NCBI GenBank assembly: GCA_038060895.1
Contig: JBBTCT010000022.1
Location: 288,001 to 352,000 of the forward strand
Direction: 5' to 3'
Length of the DNA stretch: 64,000 nt
DNA from: Planctomycetota bacterium
GTDB taxonomy: Bacteria > Planctomycetota > MHYJ01 > WSZJ01
Every line of letters starts with the position of its first letter. Position 1 is the first letter of the stretch. Shown piece after piece: positions 41,780 through 49,051 of the stretch. The position numbers and the translations under genes were made by a program. Under the pieces are notes generated by a model that did not search any database, was not told where the DNA came from, and saw only the letters and a program-made list of their open reading frames with translations.

Positions 41780-43534
41780 ATGAAGACACTCCTCCTCGCG
41801 CTGACTCTCCTGACGCTCGCTGGCTGCGCTTCGAGCGAAAAACCGTCTCCCGCTCCAACCGAGGTCGCGTGGCAACCGTGGTCGGACGCCGCGTTCGAGC
41901 GAGCGAAGCGAGAAGGCAAACTCGTGCTCCTCGATCTGGGCGCTGTCTGGTGCCACTGGTGTCACGTGATGGATCGCGAGACGTACGGCGACCCCGGGGT
42001 TGCGAACTACATGGGCGAGCACTTCGTCGCGATTCACGTAAACCAGGACGAGCGCCCGGACCTCGCGAACCGCTACGAATACTATGGATGGCCTGCCACG
42101 ATCCTTTTCGCTGCGGACGGCACGGAGCTTGGAAAGTTCCGGGGTTTCATGCCGCCGAAGCGGCTGCTCGCTGTGTTGCAGGCGTTCGTGGCGGACCCGA
42201 CGCCTGGGCCGTCGGCGCTGGAACGCGAGCCGGACGTTGCCGCGGCGCCCGCGACGTTCGCGAAGGAACTCGACGACGCGCTTCATGATAAATGGGCGGC
42301 CGCCTACGACCACAAAGCGCAGGGCTGGGGCACGGTCCACAAGTACCTCGACCCCGACTGCGTCGAACTTGCGATTGCCGAGGGGCGTGACGACATGGCG
42401 CGCGGGACGCTGGATGCCATGCTCCAGCTGATCGACCCGGTCTGGGGCGGCGTCTACCAGTACTCTGACGGCGGCGTCTGGACCAACCCGCACTTCGAGA
42501 AAATCATGTCGTTCCAGGCGGAGGACATGCGGATTTTCGCGCTGGCGTACCGGGTCTATGGCGAAGAGAAGTACCTGGTGGCTGCACGAGACATCGAGCG
42601 ATACCTGCTCACGTTCCTGAAGTCGCCGGAGGGCGCGTTTTACGCGAGCCAGGACGCCGACCTGGTGCAGGGCGAACACGGTGGCGACTACTTTTCGCTC
42701 GGCGATTCGCAGCGGCGGGCGAAGGGAGTGCCCCGAGTTGACACGCGCGTCTACGCCCGGGAAAACGGATGGGCGGTCGTTGGGCTGGCGAGCCTTTACC
42801 GGGTCACGGGTGACCTCTCGACCCTGGAAGCGGCGATTCGAGCCGCGGAATGGACGCTGGCCCACCGCGGCACGGCAGAAGGCGGTTTCCGCCACGGCGA
42901 GTTCGATTCCGGCGGACCGTTTCTCGCCGACACCCTCGCCATGGGGCGCGCCTTTTTCGAACTGGGCCAGGTGACCCAGGACGCAAAGTGGCTCGAACGA
43001 AGCGAGGCGGCCGTGCGCTTCATGGAGCAAAACTTCGGGAGCCGTTCCGGCGAACGCGCCGGCTATGCGACTGCCGTTGCCGCACGTTCCAGCGGAAAGC
43101 CGTGGGAGCCCACGCCCCAGGTTGACGAGAACATCGCCTTCGCGAGGCTGTCCCTCCGGTTGTGGGGGACCGGCCGCCTGGACTTGCGAGACTCCGCGGA
43201 CCACGCCCTGAAGTACCTGGCCGGGGTTGCCGGTGACGCGAGCGGAGTCCGGGCCGCGGGGATTCTCCTGGCCTCGCGAGAACGGGCAGGGGAGGCCCAG
43301 TCCATCGAGGTCGTGGGCGAACTCGCCGACGAGCGAACGACCGCCTTGTTGCGCGCGGCGCTCTCGGCGCCCGTCGGGTACTCCCTGGTCCGCCTGCTCG
43401 GTCGCGCCAATACCGAATACCCCATGGACAACGGAACCCCCACCGCCTACGTGTGTACCGTTTCGGCCTGCAAGGGTCCCTTCCACGACCCCGTCGCCCT
43501 CCGAAAGGCCGCCGCCACCCCTCGCCGGCGCTGA
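41780..43534 (+). CDS. DUF255 thioredoxin-domain lipoprotein (YyaL/SPATA20-like)
   Basis: LAGC lipobox, WQPWSDAAFERAK, WCHWCHVM, ERPD, GWP, PHFEK, FYASQDAD, AYVC..C. Confidence 0.9.
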   Translation: MKTLLLALTLLTLAGCASSEKPSPAPTEVAWQPWSDAAFERAKREGKLVLLDLGAVWCHWCHVMDRETYGDPGVANYMGEHFVAIHVNQDERPDLANRYEYYGWPATILFAADGTELGKFRGFMPPKRLLAVLQAFVADPTPGPSALEREPDVAAAPATFAKELDDALHDKWAAAYDHKAQGWGTVHKYLDPDCVELAIAEGRDDMARGTLDAMLQLIDPVWGGVYQYSDGGVWTNPHFEKIMSFQAEDMRIFALAYRVYGEEKYLVAARDIERYLLTFLKSPEGAFYASQDADLVQGEHGGDYFSLGDSQRRAKGVPRVDTRVYARENGWAVVGLASLYRVTGDLSTLEAAIRAAEWTLAHRGTAEGGFRHGEFDSGGPFLADTLAMGRAFFELGQVTQDAKWLERSEAAVRFMEQNFGSRSGERAGYATAVAARSSGKPWEPTPQVDENIAFARLSLRLWGTGRLDLRDSADHALKYLAGVAGDASGVRAAGILLASRERAGEAQSIEVVGELADERTTALLRAALSAPVGYSLVRLLGRANTEYPMDNGTPTAYVCTVSACKGPFHDPVALRKAAATPRRR

Positions 43535-43709
43535 CTTCAGCCGCAGGCCGATCCGATCCGATATAGTGGGCTCACGCGCCGGGAATTTTGGGCCCCCACG
43601 GTCCGTTCGGGTTCCCGTCGCACCTCTCCCGGTTCCGGACTCGCGGTCCTCACGGCCGCCGGATCGGCCCCCCGTTGCGGGCCAAGGTATCTCTAGGGGA
43701 CGTCAAAAC

Positions 43710-44153
43710 ATGTTGAGAGCCCTCGTTGTCTGTTGCGCCGTAGTGTTCGGAGGCGCAATCCTCGCTGGTTGTTCGAGCGAGGAAAAGCAGGAGCAGAAGG
43801 CGTGCGCCGACTGCGAAAAGGCCGGCGCCGGCAAGATGTGCGACGCGTGCCAGAAGTCTCACGCGGCGGAGTGCGCGAAGGCGTGCGCGAAGTGCAAGGC
43901 AGCGGGCGAAGGCAAGATGTGCGCCGACTGCCAGAAGTACATGCGCGACTGCGCGACGTCGAAGGCGTGCGAGATGTGCAAGAAGGAAGGTCCGGGGCAG
44001 GTTTGCGCCACGTGCCAGAAGGGAATGCACGCGGACTGCGCGGCGAAGTGCGAGAAGTGCAAGGCCGCCGGCGAGGGCAAGATGTGCGCAGATTGCGAGA
44101 AGGTGTGCCGCGCAAAGATGGACAAGGAAGGTTGCGGCGACTGCTGCAAGTAG
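43710..44153 (+). CDS. Cys-rich metallothionein-like lipoprotein (four CxxC-x8-CxxC units)
   Basis: LAGC lipobox; 24 Cys in the mature part; repeat CxxC(K/E)xxGxG(K/Q)(M/V)CxxC(Q/E)K. Confidence 0.8.
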   Translation: MLRALVVCCAVVFGGAILAGCSSEEKQEQKACADCEKAGAGKMCDACQKSHAAECAKACAKCKAAGEGKMCADCQKYMRDCATSKACEMCKKEGPGQVCATCQKGMHADCAAKCEKCKAAGEGKMCADCEKVCRAKMDKEGCGDCCK

Positions 44154-44170
44154 TTCCCGGGGAAACGAAG

Positions 44171-44204
44171 CGGCCGGCGGAACCATCCGCCGGCCGTTTT
44201 TTTT
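44171..44204 (+). terminator. Intrinsic terminator
   Basis: CGGCCGGCGGA-ACCA-TCCGCCGGCCG-TTTTTTTT. Confidence 0.9.
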
Positions 44205-44266
44205 CGTACGCGGGCGAAGCTCGCGATTAGACTTCGCGCGTCTCAGGGGGAGACAAGGAGTCCGTC

Positions 44267-44518
44267 ATGTTGAAGAGTGCGTCGAAAGCCGTTGCCATCC
44301 TGGCGCTGGCGCTGTCCCTTCCCGGCTGCATCTCGCTGGCGATCGGCGACAACTCGAGCAAGAGGGCCCGCGCCGAGTGCACGAGCTGTGGGAAGGATCT
44401 GCACGACCAGTTGTGCGAAGGCTGCCAGAAAGAGAAGTGGGACGCCGCGTGTGGCGAGTGCGCGAAGCTCGGATCCGGGAAAATGTGCCCGGCGTGCCAG
44501 GAAAAGGCGGGGAAGTAG
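44267..44518 (+). CDS. Small Cys-rich lipoprotein (two CxxC-x8-CxxC units)
   Basis: AAGGAG SD; LPGC lipobox; CTSC-x8-CEGC and CGEC-AKLGSGKM-CPAC. Confidence 0.82.
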   Translation: MLKSASKAVAILALALSLPGCISLAIGDNSSKRARAECTSCGKDLHDQLCEGCQKEKWDAACGECAKLGSGKMCPACQEKAGK

Positions 44519-44577
44519 GGAGTGGGTAGGGGGTAGTAGTTAGGAAGGGCCAGAAACCAAACGCCGCCCGAAACAGA

Positions 44578-44606
44578 AACGGCCTCCGGAGTTCCCGGAG
44601 GCCGTT
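44578..44606 (-). terminator. Terminator hairpin between convergent genes
   Basis: AACGGCCTCCGG-AGTTC-CCGGAGGCCGTT with T-rich tail on minus strand. Confidence 0.7.
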
Positions 44607-44644
44607 GTTATTGCCGTTCCTACCAACTACCAACTACAGACTAC

Positions 44645-45214
44645 CTACTCCTTCACGCGCTCCATGTACTCGCCGGTGCGCGTATCGACCTTGATCATCT
44701 CCCCGGGGTTCACGAACGGCGGCACCCGGATCACCATCCCCGTCTCCAGCGTCGCCGACTTCGACTGGTTCGTGACCGTCGCACCCTTCAGCGCCGGTTC
44801 CGTCTCCGTGACACGCAGATTCACGTTCGTCGGCAGGTCGACCCCCACCATCTCGCCGTCGATGTACTGCATCTGGCACATCGTGTTCGGCAGCAGGAAC
44901 CCCTTCGTGTCCTCCATCATCTCCGCCGACACGCTGTGCTCCTCGAACGTGTTCTGGTCCATGAACACGAAGTTGCCGCCGCTCGAATAGAGGTACTCCA
45001 TCTCGCGGGCCTCGCTCCCGACCGTTTCCACTTTTTCGCCGGTCCCGAAGCGCTGCTGCTTCGTCGACCCCGTCTTCACGCTGCGCATCTTGCACTGCAC
45101 CATCCCGCGCCAGTTCCCGGGGGTAACGTGCGTCGTGTCCATCACCCGGTAGAGGTCGCCTTCCCACCGGAAGATCATCCCCTTGCGCAGCTCCGTCACG
45201 TTGATCATGCCCAT
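44645..45214 (-). CDS. efp: Elongation factor P (PGN loop variant)
   Basis: ELRKGM, HVTPGNWRG, MEYLY, FMDQNTFE, KGATVT..KSATLETG..VPPFV, VDTRTGEY. Confidence 0.95.
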   Translation of the reverse strand: MGMINVTELRKGMIFRWEGDLYRVMDTTHVTPGNWRGMVQCKMRSVKTGSTKQQRFGTGEKVETVGSEAREMEYLYSSGGNFVFMDQNTFEEHSVSAEMMEDTKGFLLPNTMCQMQYIDGEMVGVDLPTNVNLRVTETEPALKGATVTNQSKSATLETGMVIRVPPFVNPGEMIKVDTRTGEYMERVKE

Positions 45215-45215
45215 G

Positions 45216-45512
45216 TCACTTCACCTCCGCCTTCGCGTACTTTTCCAGGATCGCCGGCACGTCGGCCGGCGTCACGCCCGACAGGAGCGTGCCTTCAGGA
45301 TACACCACCACGTTGGGCCCCAGCTGGCACAGCCCGAGGCAATGTGTCTTTGTCACCCTCACCTGGCCCTTCAGCCCCACGTCGTTCACCCCCTGCTTGA
45401 TCGCGTCCGCCACCGCCTTCGACCCGCGCTCGCCGCATGACGCTTCTCCCTCGGGCCTCTCGTTGAGGCAGATGAGGAACATGCGCCGGAACGGAACCGG
45501 GGACGTGTTCAT
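45216..45512 (-). CDS. Thioredoxin-like [2Fe-2S] ferredoxin
   Basis: ICLNER..SCGERGS, CLGLC, GPNVVVYPEG; start at MNTSP. Confidence 0.9.
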   Translation of the reverse strand: MNTSPVPFRRMFLICLNERPEGEASCGERGSKAVADAIKQGVNDVGLKGQVRVTKTHCLGLCQLGPNVVVYPEGTLLSGVTPADVPAILEKYAKAEVK

Positions 45513-45596
45513 GGGGGGCGGGGAGTATACGCGGAGAAGCGGCGTGGGCAAGGGGCGACTGGCAGAAGCCTGGGCCGAGCCGGTATTCTCGGGTTC

Positions 45597-46394
45597 ATGA
45601 AAGCCGCTGCCATGGGACTGGTCTTCTTCAGCACGAGCCTGCAGGTCGCAGCCCAGGAAAAGGCCGAGCTGAAGTGGACGCTCGTGACGGGGGACCGGTA
45701 CTCCTACGAGGTCTCCAACGAAATCACGGAGACCGACGCCCCGGGAAAGCCGAAGAAGCGCGTGACGAAGCGCTCGTACAAGCTCTCGGCCATTCTCGAG
45801 GTCGTTGACGCGAAGGCCTATCCCGTGCAAGTTGAGCTCCTGGTCGTGAAGACGTCGCAGCGGACGGAGGTGAATCAAAAGGAGGTCGCGGCCGAGACCC
45901 GCAGCACGGCAGGTGGGGACTGGGACAGGCCCGTTTCCGGCACGTACATGAAAAACGGGGAACTGAAGCTGAATGCCGGCGATTTCAAGCAGGCCGCCGA
46001 GGGCGTGGACCTCGCCAACTACGTGTTCATGAATTTCCCGCTGCTGCCCGAGAAGGTGGTCCGCGTGGACGAGCAGTGGCCAGGGAACAGGACGGAAGCG
46101 AAAGAGACGCTTCGGCTCGCTTCGCTGGCCGAGAAAGAGAAATACTTCGAAGCGACCGTCGATGGAACATCGAAGAACCAGAGCGACATCATGACCGAGG
46201 GCGGAATCCGGCTGGGGAGCAGGACGACGACCGTCAAGACGCACGCGGTGCTGGACGTGACGAACGGATGGTTCAAGAGCGTCGAATTGACGGCCAATGG
46301 CGAGCAGTTCGACGCGGGAGTGCCGAAGGCGGTGAAGACCAGCTCATCGCGCATGGCGATCACGCTCGGGCGTCTGGAAGCGCGGAAGAAATAG
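45597..46394 (+). CDS. Secreted hypothetical protein
   Basis: Signal peptide; LKW...GD.Y.Y and PLLPEK.V..W patterns. Confidence 0.75.
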   Translation: MKAAAMGLVFFSTSLQVAAQEKAELKWTLVTGDRYSYEVSNEITETDAPGKPKKRVTKRSYKLSAILEVVDAKAYPVQVELLVVKTSQRTEVNQKEVAAETRSTAGGDWDRPVSGTYMKNGELKLNAGDFKQAAEGVDLANYVFMNFPLLPEKVVRVDEQWPGNRTEAKETLRLASLAEKEKYFEATVDGTSKNQSDIMTEGGIRLGSRTTTVKTHAVLDVTNGWFKSVELTANGEQFDAGVPKAVKTSSSRMAITLGRLEARKK

Positions 46395-46462
46395 TCGCAC
46401 GCCGGCGCCGGAGAAGAAGTAGCGCGGCGCTTCATCCTGATTCCCCCGGTCAGGATTGACTA

Positions 46463-48136
46463 TTGGTGGAACGCACGCGGCGCACCGTCGACACTGGGCC
46501 CGTGCGCTACGGCTTCGTTCTCGACCAGGACAAATGCATCGGCTGCCACGCGTGCACGGTCGCGTGCAAGGAAGAGCACAACGTTCCGCTGGGGGTGTTC
46601 CGGACGTACGTGAAGTACGTGGAGAAGGGGAAGTTCCCGGACACGGAGCGGAAGTTCGCGGTCATCCGCTGTAACCAGTGCGACGACGCGCCTTGCATGA
46701 CGATCTGCCCGACCGCCGCGCTTTTCCGCCGCGACAACGGCATCGTCGACTTCGACAAGGACGCGTGCATCGGCTGCAAGGCGTGCATGCAGGCCTGCCC
46801 GTACGACGCGCTCTACATCGACCCGGCGACGCAGACGGCGGCAAAGTGCAACTACTGCGCGCACCGGGTGGAGAAAGGGATGGAGCCCGCGTGCGTGATC
46901 GTGTGTCCCGAGCAGGCGATCATCACGGGGGACCTCGACAATCCTGCGAGCCGCATCTCGACGTACGTTGCGAGCGGGAAGACGACGGTGCGCAAGCCGG
47001 AGAAGGGGACGCGGCCGAAGGTTCACTACAAGGGCGCCGACCCGGCGACGCTGAACCCTTCGCTCACGCACGTCCTCGGCGGCCAGATGTGGGCGGCCGC
47101 GACGGAGAAAGAGGCGACCTTCGCGGCGATGCAGGTGATGGGCCGCGGGCCGGGAAGCGGCGTGCCGCCCCCGATGGACATGGCGCGAACGGTGATGGAC
47201 ACGGCGAAAGAGCGCGCGCCTTGGGGGTGGAAGGTTTGGGCCTACCTGTGGACCAAGTCGATCGCCGCGGGCGCGATGGGCATCGCGGGGGTCGCCGTCG
47301 GCTGCAGTGTGCCGGGAACGGACCGGCTGATGGGCCCAATCGCTTCCGGCATCGCGCTTGTGTTCACGGCACTCACGTGCCTTCTGCTCGTCCTCGACCT
47401 CAAGCGTCCGGAGCGCTTCTACCTCATCCTCACCCGCCCCAACTGGAGTTCCTGGCTCGTCTGGGGGACGCTCGCGCTCATGGCGTTCTCGGGCGTCTGC
47501 GCGTTGTGGTTCGTGGCGTCGCTCGCGGGCTGGACCGGGCTGATGAAGGCTCTCGCGTGGCCCGCTGTCCTGTTCTCGGCCGGGGCGGCGGGATACTCGG
47601 CCTTCCTGTTCAGGCAAGCGAGGGGTCGCGACTTCTGGCTGAGCCCGTTACTGCTCGTGCAGCTTCTCATCGCCGCTGCGCTCGCCGGGGCGGCGACACT
47701 GCTCATCACGCAGCAATTCTTGAATCTCTTCGAACGCGGGTACGTCCCCGAAGTCACCCTTGGAACCCGGTATGCATTCGACTCGCACCGCACATACTCC
47801 AAAGGGGCGCTTGAGAGGGTGCTCCGCACCGGTTGGCTGGAGACCTGCCTCCTGGGATCCCTGCTGGCCCAACTGGTCATTCTCATTGCGGAAGTGGTGG
47901 TGCCCCACGGCAGCGCCGATTCTCGACGCGCCGTCCGTTTGCTGACCCATGGGGCCTGCGCCGCCCCGTTCTGGGGCGCGGCCGTTCTCGGGGGCATTGC
48001 CCTTCCGCTCGCGTTGGTGGCGACTTTCAGGCACGTCGTCGCCGCGGATCTCTTCGCCGCAGCGCTCGCGCTTGCTGGCCTGCTGATCTACGAGCATCTC
48101 TGGATCAAAGTCGGCCAGTCAGTGCCGCTGAGCTAG
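46463..48136 (+). CDS. Fused 4Fe-4S dicluster (PsrB/NrfC) + NrfD/PsrC membrane subunit
   Basis: CIGCHAC, CNQC..C..CP, CIGCKAC..CP, KCNYC..C..CP; WGWKVWAYLW, DLKRPERF, SSWL, multiple TMs. Confidence 0.92.
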   Translation: MVERTRRTVDTGPVRYGFVLDQDKCIGCHACTVACKEEHNVPLGVFRTYVKYVEKGKFPDTERKFAVIRCNQCDDAPCMTICPTAALFRRDNGIVDFDKDACIGCKACMQACPYDALYIDPATQTAAKCNYCAHRVEKGMEPACVIVCPEQAIITGDLDNPASRISTYVASGKTTVRKPEKGTRPKVHYKGADPATLNPSLTHVLGGQMWAAATEKEATFAAMQVMGRGPGSGVPPPMDMARTVMDTAKERAPWGWKVWAYLWTKSIAAGAMGIAGVAVGCSVPGTDRLMGPIASGIALVFTALTCLLLVLDLKRPERFYLILTRPNWSSWLVWGTLALMAFSGVCALWFVASLAGWTGLMKALAWPAVLFSAGAAGYSAFLFRQARGRDFWLSPLLLVQLLIAAALAGAATLLITQQFLNLFERGYVPEVTLGTRYAFDSHRTYSKGALERVLRTGWLETCLLGSLLAQLVILIAEVVVPHGSADSRRAVRLLTHGACAAPFWGAAVLGGIALPLALVATFRHVVAADLFAAALALAGLLIYEHLWIKVGQSVPLS

Positions 48137-48157
48137 GCGGCTGCGAAGAAGACGAAC

Positions 48158-48256
48158 TTGAGGTTGCAGATTGCAACCTCAAAGCCAGCGTGCCTTTGAA
48201 GTCGCAATTTGCGATTTCAAGTTGGATGGATTTGATATTCCAAATTGGAATATCAA
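48158..48256 (+). repeat. Array of three different 25-bp palindromes (ORF6N variable-segment copies)
   Basis: 48158 TTGAGGTTGCA-GAT-TGCAACCTCAA; 48196 TTGAAGTCGCA-ATT-TGCGATTTCAA; 48232 TTGATATTCCA-AAT-TGGAATATCAA. Confidence 0.9.
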
Positions 48257-48263
48257 GGCGCAA

Positions 48264-48794
48264 CTACCGCGTCCCATGGAACCCGATCCGCTTCGGCCCG
48301 CGTCCGCGCGGCGGGTTCACGAGCTGGCGGATTGCGGCAAAAATGCCCTGTATCGCCTCGTCGTGGGTGCCGACGCGTCGCTCCAGCTCCGAGAGTTTTC
48401 GCGAGATCTCCTGCTGCGTCGCCACGATCTCGCGCGTACGAATGAAGGCGCGCATGATCGCGATGTTGACGAGGGTGGCGCGATCGCTGCGCAGGACGCT
48501 GGAGAGCATGGCCACCCCGTGCTCGGTGAAGGCGAAAGGGAGGGTTCGGCGTCCACCTCTTCCGTTTGAGGTGCCAATCTGGCACATCAAACCCGAGGCT
48601 TCTTCGTCCGTGAGCCGGAACATGAAATCCGGCGGGAAGCGACCGGCGTTCCGCTTTACCGCCCGGTTGAGGCCGGAAGTCCGGACGCCGTACATCCGGG
48701 CAAGGTCGTTGTCCAGCAGCACCCTCTGTCCGCGAACACGAACGATGAGATGCTCGACACTTTCGACTGGGATCATGACTTTCAGCCCGCTCAT
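48264..48794 (-). CDS. ORF6N domain DNA-binding protein
   Basis: IVRVRGQRVLLDNDLARMYGV, LNRAVKRN..RFPPDFMFRLT, PFAFTEHGVAMLSSVLRS, VNIAIMRAF, coiled coil, KRIGF end; GGAG SD. Confidence 0.93.
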   Translation of the reverse strand: MSGLKVMIPVESVEHLIVRVRGQRVLLDNDLARMYGVRTSGLNRAVKRNAGRFPPDFMFRLTDEEASGLMCQIGTSNGRGGRRTLPFAFTEHGVAMLSSVLRSDRATLVNIAIMRAFIRTREIVATQQEISRKLSELERRVGTHDEAIQGIFAAIRQLVNPPRGRGPKRIGFHGTR

Positions 48795-48923
48795 GCGCTC
48801 CTCCAGGAACTGGAATGGGGAAGTCTCTTCAGCACGAACGGGGCATCGTAGGCACGGAGAGAATTGGAATGCAATCCGTCGCCGGCAGATTTCCTGCGAT
48901 TCGAGCTTGAACGCGCTCCCAAC

Positions 48924-48986
48924 TTGAGATCACAGATTGTGATGTCAAGTCAGGGCGGGACGGGTGGTCGCAGATTGCGACCGCCT
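48924..48986 (+). repeat. Two further 25-bp ORF6N-type palindromes
   Basis: 48924 TTGAGATCACA-GAT-TGTGATGTCAA; 48962 GGGTGGTCGCA-GAT-TGCGACCGCCT. Confidence 0.82.
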
Positions 48987-49051
48987 GCCGCCCGTATCAA
49001 GTCGTCAGAACCGTGATCGCCCCCCGCGCGCCGCATATGATCCGCCTCTCC

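Noticed and set aside
43710-44518. Multiheme cytochrome c or 4Fe-4S ferredoxin call for the Cys-rich lipoproteins
   Set aside because: No CxxCH and no CxxCxxCxxxCP motifs
48158-48256. Mini CRISPR array
   Set aside because: Repeat arms differ in sequence, spacers are only 11-13 bp, there are no cas genes, and a homologous unit lies inside the ORF6N coding sequence
48877-48901. Possible sixth flanking ORF6N palindrome (CGTCGCCGGCA-GAT-TTCCTGCGATT)
   Set aside because: Too many mismatches, lacks TTGA/TCAA ends and is off the 36-38 bp period
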